Shown here: positions 17,205 to 25,109 of the stretch, in pieces
Numbering within the stretch: position 1 is the stretch's first letter
How the letters are laid out: every line of letters starts with the position of its first letter
IMG/VR virus record: IMGVR_UViG_3300029263_001128
Location: 1 to 54,934 of that record
Strand: one strand, 5' to 3'
Origin: a virus
Lineage: Duplodnaviria; Caudoviricetes
Length of the DNA: 54,934 bases
Notes under the pieces: generated by a model
Told to the model about the DNA's origin: nothing
Seen by the model: only the letters and a program-made list of their open reading frames with translations
Databases searched by the model: none
Translations under genes and position numbers: made by a program

Positions 17205-17555
17205 ATGAAGAAGAATAGAAGATCAAAGTATAGATACAAGAGTATAATTAATAAATTATTAAATAATAATATCATAAATGAGAGTAACCTTACTTTCATT
17301 GATAGTATGTCTTTAGAAGATTTGATTGCTGTTAAATTAGAACTCTCAGCAAAACACATAAACAATAAGCTTTATGCTTTCAATCTCTTATCTAATACCA
17401 ATAGACTAGTTAAAGAAGCAATCATAAAGTTTGCTATCAGTGCTACTAACTCTAAAATGGATGCTGCTAGGTTTCTTGGAACTGACTATGAAACTCTACA
17501 CTCACTAGTTAGAGAATACAACTTACAGGAGTTCTTTGATGAAATTAATAATTGA
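17205..17555 (+). CDS. putative DNA-binding protein, Fis-like C-terminal HTH
   Basis: SKMDAARFLGTDYETL..LVREY; TTGACA at 17171 upstream. Confidence 0.6.
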   Translation: MKKNRRSKYRYKSIINKLLNNNIINESNLTFIDSMSLEDLIAVKLELSAKHINNKLYAFNLLSNTNRLVKEAIIKFAISATNSKMDAARFLGTDYETLHSLVREYNLQEFFDEINN

Positions 17556-18231
17556 AAACTTCAGAAAGTTCTTAGTAGAACAAAACTTTATTTCTGAGAT
17601 TCCGTTAGAACAAGATGAAGAAGGTAACGTCATCCTCTATCACGTATCCAGAGTAGATGACATAGAAGAGTTAGACCCTGACATCGCAGCAAGAAACCTT
17701 CAGAACTACACCACAGCAGAGTATAGAACCTGGGATAGACCCAGAGTTTTCTTTTTTACTCGTCTCGGACAAGAAGATATTGGCATTGGTCAGATACAGG
17801 GTATACCTTACCGTGTTAGACTAAAACCAGATCAACTCTACCCGATTATGGAAGACCCGGCAGGACTATCTTCCAAGCAAGAACAACAAAACTGGATGAC
17901 AGAGAACATTCCAGAGTTTGCTGAAAAGACACAAGAAGCACAGAAGTGTTCTAACTTTGAACGCTATGGCCAATACCATATTTGTTCTAAGACCCCAGAT
18001 TCAGATGGGTTATATTTTACTGATGAGAGGTTTGCAGGAAAAATGTTTCTTGTAAACAATCCTAAGTTTCATCACCTTAAACCAAACACATACGAAATGG
18101 TTGCACAACTATCAGAAGAGCGTTATAATAGTATAGGGTTCATTTATCCACAGAGTGGCGAAAAAGACAAACAGATCGTTGCTTTGTGGCGTAAGGTTCC
18201 AACAGAGAAACTAGATAAAGATTTTTATTAG
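17539..18231 (+). CDS. leader-bearing protein, ADP-ribosyltransferase-like domain
   Basis: MKLIIENFRKFLVE leader; VILYHVS..ELDP..PRVFFF..YRVRL. Confidence 0.55.
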   Translation: MKLIIENFRKFLVEQNFISEIPLEQDEEGNVILYHVSRVDDIEELDPDIAARNLQNYTTAEYRTWDRPRVFFFTRLGQEDIGIGQIQGIPYRVRLKPDQLYPIMEDPAGLSSKQEQQNWMTENIPEFAEKTQEAQKCSNFERYGQYHICSKTPDSDGLYFTDERFAGKMFLVNNPKFHHLKPNTYEMVAQLSEERYNSIGFIYPQSGEKDKQIVALWRKVPTEKLDKDFY

Positions 18232-18239
18232 GATTTATA

Positions 18240-18488
18240 ATGATTGGTAAAAGTGTCTGGACAAAGTCAGGAAATCACAACCTACGCATTGGTAAGGTGA
18301 CAGAAGAGAAGACTGAAGATAACTGGTCTTTTGTTAAAGTAGCTTGGGTTAACGATGAGGCTTTTCAGCAAGACCGACAGCGTGTGATAGAATTAAGAGG
18401 ATACGACAAGTATTCTGATTGGTATAGGATAGATAAAATTTCGTTTTTTGATAAAGACGATCTAATTAATACAATCAACAAGTTATAA
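18240..18488 (+). CDS. small SH3-like protein
   Basis: MIGKSVW..RIGKVTE..VKVAW. Confidence 0.6.
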   Translation: MIGKSVWTKSGNHNLRIGKVTEEKTEDNWSFVKVAWVNDEAFQQDRQRVIELRGYDKYSDWYRIDKISFFDKDDLINTINKL

Positions 18489-18501
18489 ATAAAAATGTTC
18501 T

Positions 18502-18624
18502 GCTCCGACGACTCGGCGGGGAGCTATGGTGCCAGCGTCCATATCTATCATGACCTGACGGATAAATAAATCCGAAAATAAAAATGTAGGTTAGCTGTGG
18601 TGAGCAAGAGATCCACACCGAGTC
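18502..18624 (+). ncRNA. candidate structured ncRNA upstream of tRNA-Ser
   Basis: GACTCGG(18510-16)/CCGAGTC(18618-24) closing stem, inner CGGAT/ATCCG hairpin; non-coding gap. Confidence 0.4.
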
Positions 18625-18628
18625 ATAA

Positions 18629-18716
18629 AGTGAGGTGTCCGAGTGGTTTAAGGAGCCGGTCTAGAAAACCGGTGTAGGGCAACCCCCTACCGTGGGTTCG
18701 AATCCCACCCTCACTG
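18629..18716 (+). tRNA. tRNA-Ser(AGA)
   Basis: AGTGAGG/CCTCACT acceptor, G73, loop CT-AGA-AA, long variable arm GTAGGG/CCCTAC, GTTCGAATC; no encoded CCA. Confidence 0.9.
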
Positions 18717-18737
18717 CCCCCTCTTATTTCAACCAAA

Positions 18738-18830
18738 ATGAAGAAAATCTTAACTCTATTGACTATTTACTCTGATTCGTGTCCAATTTGTGGATGCGAC
18801 CCGTGTGATTGTTATGACCAAGATTGTTAG
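18738..18830 (+). CDS. 30-aa Cys-rich peptide MKKILTLLTIYSDSCPICGCDPCDCYDQDC
   Basis: translated by hand; 6 Cys in last 16 aa; weak RBS. Confidence 0.4.
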   Translation: MKKILTLLTIYSDSCPICGCDPCDCYDQDC

Positions 18831-19731
18831 TTTACTATTTTTGTTTTTGTTCTCTTGCGGTAGCGAGTTTATTGTTACACCAGCAGATGTGATAGAAATA
18901 GAAGTAGAGCCGATAGACACAGCGCCACAAACCGAAGTCATCATAGACTATTATGTGCAGCCATCCAAGCCTGAGAGCTTGGATGTTCTGGTTGTCTTAG
19001 ACACATCTTGCTCAATGTTTCACGATTACGAAAAGGTCGCTTCTGGGATGGATATCTTGAGAGACGATATCGAGACTCTGACTTATGATTACCAGATGGC
19101 TATAATAAACAGTTCTCTTTCTGGTGAAATTTATTTTGTAGGACCTTACGACACTGAGACCAGTTCAATAGATTTCTTACTAGGCACCTCTCTGCTTTCA
19201 AATGACGATTTTGAAGAGGGCTTTAGAAGCCATTATCAGTTTGCCTCAGTTAGCGAAGAAGGGCTTTTGTTTTTAAGGACGGGCGTCCCGAAGCTATACA
19301 TCTATATATCTGATGAAGATGAGCAGAGTCCGATTCCAGTAAACATTTTTAAAGAATGGCTGGATGAATATCACGATTCGGTAGATTACGATGTCTTGAC
19401 GATCGCAATGGTTGAAAATAGTCCTTACTGCTCGACAGGCGCGATGAACATCGGGCACAAATTTGATCAACTTTCCCAATACTTCAATAAGAGAGCGATT
19501 GATTTTTGTGGGGATTGGCAATTGGCTTTGGCCGATAGCAGCTTCTTGATGTCTCAAATAACTCATCTACAACTATCGAAGCGCCCAATAGAGGATTCTA
19601 TTGTTGTCTATCAAGATGGCACAAAAGAAGACAACTGGTACTATTTAGACTCTACTAACACTGTATATCTTGAATTCGAAATCCAAGAAGGTGCAGCTAT
19701 TAAGATTGGTTACGATTCTCTGGTGGAATAA
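18814..19731 (+). CDS. lipoprotein with vWA domain
   Basis: start MTKIVSLLFLFLFSC lipobox; LVVLDTSCSM MIDAS-like; ISDEDEQS. Confidence 0.8.
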   Translation: MTKIVSLLFLFLFSCGSEFIVTPADVIEIEVEPIDTAPQTEVIIDYYVQPSKPESLDVLVVLDTSCSMFHDYEKVASGMDILRDDIETLTYDYQMAIINSSLSGEIYFVGPYDTETSSIDFLLGTSLLSNDDFEEGFRSHYQFASVSEEGLLFLRTGVPKLYIYISDEDEQSPIPVNIFKEWLDEYHDSVDYDVLTIAMVENSPYCSTGAMNIGHKFDQLSQYFNKRAIDFCGDWQLALADSSFLMSQITHLQLSKRPIEDSIVVYQDGTKEDNWYYLDSTNTVYLEFEIQEGAAIKIGYDSLVE

Positions 19732-19733
19732 AA

Positions 19734-20372
19734 ATGATTACAGCTATGGGCGATGTTATGCGAGAGGCATACAAGCGCAATTGGATTACTACTCGCGATG
19801 GAAACTGTGCTGTCAGAATCAAAGACTCTGACACAATATATATGACACCTTCAGGAGTTAGGAAGACTTTAATTTGTCCAGAAATGATTTGTAAAGTGGT
19901 GCTTGGAGAGAAAACAACTTTTCACAACAAAATGAATCTAAATGTTACTGGTGAATGGGAGATGCACTACCTTATTTTAAAAGATTCGCCTACAACGCTA
20001 GCAACAGTTCACCTTCACCCGCCTAATATCGTTGCTGCGATGTATGCTGGCTGGGATCTACCAGAGATGATAAAGCCATTCCCAGAGGTCTACCGTTACA
20101 CTTTGGTGGGGCCTAATGTTGCTGCTTGGAATGCCTTGTCAAATGAGTTAGCGGTGCATACATCTACCAACCTTGGTATTAAAAGAGGGGTAAGAGAATT
20201 TGACATTGTTGGTCAAAAGAATCACGGAGTAGTTGCTGTTGGGAAGAATCCTTGGGAAGCGTTTGAGCACATAGAAAGAGTTGAACACATTTGTCAAGTT
20301 GTGTTAGCATCAGGTGTAAAACCCCCCGAGAAAACAAATGCAAAACTTAAAAAATTCAATCTGCCTTTTTGA
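19734..20372 (+). CDS. class II aldolase/adducin family protein
   Basis: DGNCAVR, TPSG, EWEMH, VHLHPP, NHGVVAVG. Confidence 0.9.
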   Translation: MITAMGDVMREAYKRNWITTRDGNCAVRIKDSDTIYMTPSGVRKTLICPEMICKVVLGEKTTFHNKMNLNVTGEWEMHYLILKDSPTTLATVHLHPPNIVAAMYAGWDLPEMIKPFPEVYRYTLVGPNVAAWNALSNELAVHTSTNLGIKRGVREFDIVGQKNHGVVAVGKNPWEAFEHIERVEHICQVVLASGVKPPEKTNAKLKKFNLPF

Positions 20373-21165
20373 TGTAGATGGGACCCTGACAGAGTCGCGC
20401 CGCAGAATAGATAAGGAAATGCTAGATGCCCTCCGAGAACTCTCTTTTAACACAGAGATTGGCCTCCTTACAGGCTCTGGTCTTGACTACATAAAAGAGC
20501 AACTATGGCCTTTGCTCGCCGATCAGGAATTGAGTCTTAATTGCCATGTCTTGCCGTGTAATGGAACCGAATATTATATTCCGAATCCAGAGGCCCCAGG
20601 CCATTTTATAGAGATTCACAAAAACTCTATGTGGCATAAGCTTGGGTTCGAGAAGTTTCAGGCTGTGATGAAGGCAGTTATAGTCTTACAAGCAAGGTTG
20701 GCGGAAAGAGATTATGACATCCCCTTCACGGGACACCACTTCCAGAACAGAGGAACAATGCTAAATTGGTCTCCAATCGGAAGAAACGCAAACCACGGAG
20801 AACGTCAACAATTTGAGGCGATGGATAAAATTCATGGCATAAGAAGAGAATTCTTATTTATGTTCCAGAAGATGCTAAATAACGCTGACATAGATGATGT
20901 CACAATAAAATTTGGTGGTGACACGTCTTTTGATATCTATCCGAAAGGGTGGGATAAGACTTATGCGCTCAAACACTTCCCAGAAGATCAGTGGGATTGC
21001 TTCTTTGTGGGTGACAGATGCACCCCCACGGGAAATGATTATGAGATTTTTGAATTTTTAAATGCTCAGGAAAGGGCATTTGAAACTTCTGGCCCAGAAG
21101 AGACAATTGAGATTATAGACATCCATTTACACAAATTGATAGGAGAGTTAGATGACGGTTCATAG
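20338..21165 (+). CDS. eukaryotic-type HAD phosphomannomutase
   Basis: FDVDGTLT, TGS, NG, RGTMLNWSPIGR, SFDIYPKGWDKTY, FVGD..GNDYEI. Confidence 0.9.
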   Translation: MQNLKNSICLFDVDGTLTESRRRIDKEMLDALRELSFNTEIGLLTGSGLDYIKEQLWPLLADQELSLNCHVLPCNGTEYYIPNPEAPGHFIEIHKNSMWHKLGFEKFQAVMKAVIVLQARLAERDYDIPFTGHHFQNRGTMLNWSPIGRNANHGERQQFEAMDKIHGIRREFLFMFQKMLNNADIDDVTIKFGGDTSFDIYPKGWDKTYALKHFPEDQWDCFFVGDRCTPTGNDYEIFEFLNAQERAFETSGPEETIEIIDIHLHKLIGELDDGS

Positions 21166-21634
21166 CGACATGTTTGATGAGAAACAAAAAGTCACAGTCA
21201 TGGTTTCTGGTGGCTTCGATCCTGTTCACGCGGGACACATAAGAATGATTTTAGAGGCATCTAAAACGGGTGATGTAATTGTAATTGCTAACTCTGATCA
21301 ATGGCTCTTTAGAAAAAAAGGTTTTGTTTTTATGGACTTCGAGCAAAGATCGGAGATCTTAAACGCTGTTAAAGGGGTTATAATCGTAGATTCAGTTGAT
21401 GACTCTGACGGCACTGTGTGCGACGCTATTCGGCGTCATAAACCGACTTACTTCGCAAATGGAGGTGACAGGGGTCGCACGAACACCCCAGAACAGCAGG
21501 TTTGTGAAGAATTGGGTGTGAAGATGCTTTGGTCTGTTGGGGGAGATGAAAAGAGAGATTCATCGTCAGAGTTAGTCAAGAGAGCAAAAAATAAAACGCC
21601 GGTTAGAGCGGAAACAAAACATTCGGGAAGATGA
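21152..21634 (+). CDS. cytidylyltransferase (TagD/RfaE domain II-like)
   Basis: SGGFDPVHAGH, NSD, FANGGDR, SSS. Confidence 0.85.
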   Translation: MTVHSDMFDEKQKVTVMVSGGFDPVHAGHIRMILEASKTGDVIVIANSDQWLFRKKGFVFMDFEQRSEILNAVKGVIIVDSVDDSDGTVCDAIRRHKPTYFANGGDRGRTNTPEQQVCEELGVKMLWSVGGDEKRDSSSELVKRAKNKTPVRAETKHSGR

Positions 21635-21635
21635 C

Positions 21636-21664
21636 TTGACGTGAATGTTCCGCCTAGTTATAAT
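21636..21664 (+). promoter_or_regulatory. sigma70-type promoter TTGACG-N17-TATAAT
   Basis: near-consensus; drives HNH-tRNA-methyltransferase unit. Confidence 0.75.
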
Positions 21665-21681
21665 AAACAGGAGGACATCGA

Positions 21682-22185
21682 ATGCAAAACCAGAACGTAA
21701 TGGCTTTAAAACTGGATGCCTCTTATCGACCGCTAGCTGTCATTGAGGCAATTGATGCCTTGGTGATGTGCATAGTCGGAAAAGCGAAAGCGATAGAAGA
21801 GCACGATGTAACAATAAATTCAGTCTCTAGTTCTTTCAAGCTACCAGCAGTAATTGTAGTTAACACGATTGTAAAATATGTTTTCTCTGGGTTTAGCGCT
21901 AGTAGAAAGAACATTTGCGCACGAGACGAAAACACTTGTCAATATTGTGCCGTAAAATTTCAGATTGCTGAACTGACTATAGATCATGTCTTTCCTAAAT
22001 CTCGTGGTGGCAAGAATGAGTGGGACAATTTGGTCGCCTCTTGTAGAAAATGTAACCAGAGAAAGGGCAATAGAACACCCGAAGAAGCAGAGATGGAACT
22101 ACTTAAAGAGCCAGTAAAACCAAAGAATATTTCTTTCAGGTTTAAAAGGCATTCTGAAGAAGTTTGGGAAAACTATCTTTGGTAA
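21682..22185 (+). CDS. HNH endonuclease (McrA-like)
   Basis: RDENTCQYC, TIDHVFPKSRGG, NLVASCRKCNQRK. Confidence 0.92.
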   Translation: MQNQNVMALKLDASYRPLAVIEAIDALVMCIVGKAKAIEEHDVTINSVSSSFKLPAVIVVNTIVKYVFSGFSASRKNICARDENTCQYCAVKFQIAELTIDHVFPKSRGGKNEWDNLVASCRKCNQRKGNRTPEEAEMELLKEPVKPKNISFRFKRHSEEVWENYLW

Positions 22186-22189
22186 CCGC

Positions 22190-22278
22190 TGCATCGTCGG
22201 TAATAACGATGGGTGGCTGCCGAACCACACGCAGGCAGAGGTTTTCGGTTATCCTTATTCTAGAATAAAAACCGACCA
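22190..22278 (+). ncRNA. candidate structured RNA (hairpin plus tandem pseudoknots) upstream of tRNA-Thr
   Basis: CATCGT/ACGATG; GTGG/CCAC crossed with CTGCC/GGCAG; AGG/CCT crossed with TCGGTT/AACCGA; ends in CCA. Confidence 0.4.
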
Positions 22279-22279
22279 C

Positions 22280-22355
22280 GCCGGTATAGCTCAGTTGGTA
22301 GAGCTTCTGTTTTGTAAACAGGGGGCCGGGAGTTCGAATCTCTCTGCCGGCACCA
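22280..22355 (+). tRNA. tRNA-Thr(TGT)
   Basis: 76-nt cloverleaf, loop TT-TGT-AA, encoded CCA. Confidence 0.93.
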
Positions 22356-22366
22356 TTTAAAATAAC

Positions 22367-22442
22367 GGGGAATTAGCTCAGTTGGGAGAGCACCAGAATG
22401 GCATTCTGGGGGTCAGGGGTTCGAGCCCCCTATTCTCCACCA
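22367..22442 (+). tRNA. tRNA-Ala(GGC)
   Basis: 76-nt cloverleaf, G3:U70, loop AT-GGC-AT, encoded CCA. Confidence 0.93.
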
Positions 22443-22460
22443 TTTTCATTTGGAGTTACT

Positions 22461-23024
22461 TTGAGAAATAAAACAAGAAAACAACGCTACAATGAAAAAA
22501 TGAAAAATGCTGATAGTTTTCCAATAAGCATCACGACAATCAATTTTCATTGTGATGAAAACCTAGGCTACATTATTCGTTCTGCCGCCTGCTTCGGCGC
22601 AGAATGCGTCAATGTAATAGGGTGCATTCCAGATAGAAGAGAATTGAGGAAATTATCTGGCTCTCTTTTGGATTATGTTGAGTTGAGGCAATTCAAAAAC
22701 CCTGAAGACTTTTTGAAGGATTGCCGAGAACAAGGAATAAAACTAGTCTCAGCAGAGTTAACTAGCACCGCTGACAATCTTGAAGATTATGATTTTGACC
22801 TCAATAGACGAACTAGTGTTATTGTTGGCAACGAAACCACTGGAGTCCCGCAACAATTGATTGTCAATAGCGATCCGGTTTACATTGAGATGCCCGGTGT
22901 TGGTTATTGCTTAAACACAGCGCAAGCAGCCAACATTATGCTTTATGAAGCAGTGAAACAATTCAAGAAGCAAAAAATCTTTTATGATTCGTTTAACAGA
23001 CATAGGGAAACAATGATAGCCTGA
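22461..23024 (+). CDS. SpoU/TrmH-family RNA 2'-O-methyltransferase
   Basis: NLGYIIRSAACFG, IVGNETTG, IEMPG..CLNTAQA; likely TTG start after GGAG, downstream of tRNA-Ala. Confidence 0.88.
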   Translation: MRNKTRKQRYNEKMKNADSFPISITTINFHCDENLGYIIRSAACFGAECVNVIGCIPDRRELRKLSGSLLDYVELRQFKNPEDFLKDCREQGIKLVSAELTSTADNLEDYDFDLNRRTSVIVGNETTGVPQQLIVNSDPVYIEMPGVGYCLNTAQAANIMLYEAVKQFKKQKIFYDSFNRHRETMIA

Positions 23025-23026
23025 TA

Positions 23027-23049
23027 AAGCCCGCCAATTAGGCGGGCTT
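23027..23049 (+). terminator. intrinsic terminator-like hairpin
   Basis: AAGCCCGCC-AATTA-GGCGGGCTT after stop codon. Confidence 0.7.
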
Positions 23050-23077
23050 ACTATTTAAAGTAGTCACAGGAGTTTTG

Positions 23078-24406
23078 ATGGCTAAGAAAAACTACATTCT
23101 TGACACGAGCGTCTATCTCACAGATGCCGACGCACTCTACAAGTTTGATAATCACGACATTTATGTCCCTCTTAAAGTGCTAGAGGAAATTGATAAGCAC
23201 AAGAAGCGCCAAGATTCAGTAGGAATCAACGCACGCAGAATTATTCGCACCCTTGATGAATTGAGAACCAAGGGTAATTTACAGAAAGGTGTGAGACTAG
23301 ATAAGGGCAAAGGGGTTTTAAAGGTAATCTCCTATGAAGTGTTGAAGAATGTAATCTTCCCTTCTGATCTCGATCTGAATATCCCAGATCATATGATTAT
23401 AGCAACTGCTATGGCTGTCCGCGAAGAATCAACGAGGAAGACTTGCGTTGTCTCCCGCGACATCAACATGCGCGTCATCTGTGATTCTGTCGGCCTGCCT
23501 GCCGAGGACTACACGACAGAAAAGGTCGTGACTTCCTCTGATGAACTTTACTCTGGCTTAGTCACCCATCTTGTAGAGGACCAAGTGGTAGATCAGTTCT
23601 ATGCTGGCGAAGACATTTACATTAAAGAAGACGAGACTAAAGAGGAGTGGCACCCAAATCAATATGTCTTATTAGTGTCCAATGCTAACGAGAAGAAGAC
23701 GAGCATAGCCCGCTTCTATAACCACTTCCAGCCCTTAAAAAAAATTATCCATTCAACGATACCCGATTGGAAAATTTCTTCAAGAAACAAGGAGCAGGCG
23801 TTCGGAATTGACCTTCTTATGGATCCTGCCGTAAAAGTAGTCTCACTTGTCGGTCGTGCCGGCTCTGGCAAGACCCTATGTGCTATTGCAGCAGGGCTAC
23901 AGCAGACGATTGGGTTAAGAGAGAATCACTACGATCGAATGATTGTCTCCCGCCCAGTTCAACCATTAGGCAAAGACATTGGTTTCTTACCCGGAACTAT
24001 GGAAGAGAAAATGCTCCCTTGGTTGATGCCCATTCAAGATAACCTCCAATTTTTGGTCGGAGGGGACAAGAAAACCTTACAAATGTATATGGAAAAGGGC
24101 AAGATTGAAATAGAGGCATTGACCTACATTCGTGGTCGCTCAATAGCAAATGCTTTTATCATTATTGACGAAGCACAGAACCTGACCGCACACGAAATTA
24201 AAACAATTATGACTCGCGTAGGCGAAGGAACTAAGATCGTGCTCACGGGCGACATCGAGCAGATTGATAATGTCTATGTGAACGAGACCTCTAATGGTCT
24301 TGCTCATTGTGTTGAGAAATTTAAGTTCTATCCGCTTGCTGGCCACGTAACCTTTACAAGAGGTGAGCGTTCTGAGGTAGCCACATTAGCTTCTAAGGTG
24401 TTGTAG
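23078..24406 (+). CDS. phoH: PIN-PhoH family ATPase
   Basis: ILDTSV PIN start; GRAGSGKT; GFLPG; YIRGRS; IIDEAQN; GDIEQID. Confidence 0.95.
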   Translation: MAKKNYILDTSVYLTDADALYKFDNHDIYVPLKVLEEIDKHKKRQDSVGINARRIIRTLDELRTKGNLQKGVRLDKGKGVLKVISYEVLKNVIFPSDLDLNIPDHMIIATAMAVREESTRKTCVVSRDINMRVICDSVGLPAEDYTTEKVVTSSDELYSGLVTHLVEDQVVDQFYAGEDIYIKEDETKEEWHPNQYVLLVSNANEKKTSIARFYNHFQPLKKIIHSTIPDWKISSRNKEQAFGIDLLMDPAVKVVSLVGRAGSGKTLCAIAAGLQQTIGLRENHYDRMIVSRPVQPLGKDIGFLPGTMEEKMLPWLMPIQDNLQFLVGGDKKTLQMYMEKGKIEIEALTYIRGRSIANAFIIIDEAQNLTAHEIKTIMTRVGEGTKIVLTGDIEQIDNVYVNETSNGLAHCVEKFKFYPLAGHVTFTRGERSEVATLASKVL

Positions 24407-24847
24407 ATGATAGAGATTGCTTTCGGATTGTTTCTTGGGAACTTGATAGAATGGATTGTTCACAAATTCTTTTTACATGATCTCGGCAAGAAGAAAGCAT
24501 CTCTTTTCTCATTTCATTGGGGCGTCCATCATAGATCAGCAAGAAAAAACAATTTCTTGGATGACAGGGTTTCAGCAAGAGAAATAATTGGAGTGCTGTT
24601 CTTGTGCCTACTATCATCTCCAGCACTATTTATTTCTCCCTTGTTTTACACAGGTATGTTCATCCATGCTATGATTTATCTAGTGGTTCACAACTACGCA
24701 CACAAGAACCCCGATTGGTGCTACAAATACCTTAGATGGCATTATGACCATCACATGGGTAAGGACCAAGACAAGAACTGGTGTGTAGTTCACCCACTAT
24801 CTGACTATCTATTAGGAACACGGAGAAAGTATGAATACAGAAAATGA
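24407..24847 (+). CDS. sterol desaturase/fatty acid hydroxylase family membrane protein
   Basis: His boxes HKFFLH, HWGVHH, HNYAH, HYDHH plus TM segments. Confidence 0.85.
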   Translation: MIEIAFGLFLGNLIEWIVHKFFLHDLGKKKASLFSFHWGVHHRSARKNNFLDDRVSAREIIGVLFLCLLSSPALFISPLFYTGMFIHAMIYLVVHNYAHKNPDWCYKYLRWHYDHHMGKDQDKNWCVVHPLSDYLLGTRRKYEYRK

Positions 24848-25109
24848 ATTAGCGGGAGTGATTGTTGCTGCCGAGAACCCGTTAAAAGAAATGCTCGTCA
24901 ATTATGTCGGCAATAAGTTTGCGACTGATAAAGACGATGGCGAATTTGAAGTCACAGTTAGAATGATTGTCGATGCTCTCGGCCACGAGTTCCCAGAGTT
25001 CGTTATGGTTATGGCAGAAGAGAATTGGGTTAGAGGCTACCAACAAGGATTAGACGATGCTACTAGATTACATTCAGAAACGCCAGCAGATGCTCCAAGA
25101 GAAGTCTGA
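24831..25109 (+). CDS. hypothetical protein
   Basis: GGAG RBS; EENWVRGYQQG motif. Confidence 0.65.
   Translation: MNTENELAGVIVAAENPLKEMLVNYVGNKFATDKDDGEFEVTVRMIVDALGHEFPEFVMVMAEENWVRGYQQGLDDATRLHSETPADAPREV

Noticed and set aside
18555-18578. CTGACGG...GAAA as a hammerhead ribozyme core
   Set aside because: Lacks the CUGANGA consensus once stem II is formed, and no convincing stems I/III with a cleavage triplet.
18655-18673. CTA in the anticodon loop read as an amber suppressor implying TAG recoding
   Set aside because: Stem CCGGT/ACCGG fixes the loop as CT-AGA-AA, so the anticodon is AGA. TAG ends many genes normally (e.g. 8053, 17170, 24406) and ORFs are intact in code 11.
21682-22185. 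HNH as a mobile homing endonuclease/intron or IscB-type element
   Set aside because: Stand-alone McrA-like gene with its own promoter; no interrupted host gene, RuvC motifs or transposon ends seen.
22398-22460. N-terminal extension of the SpoU ORF given in the ORF track
   Set aside because: Overlaps tRNA-Ala; a GGAG-preceded TTG at 22461 is the more plausible start.
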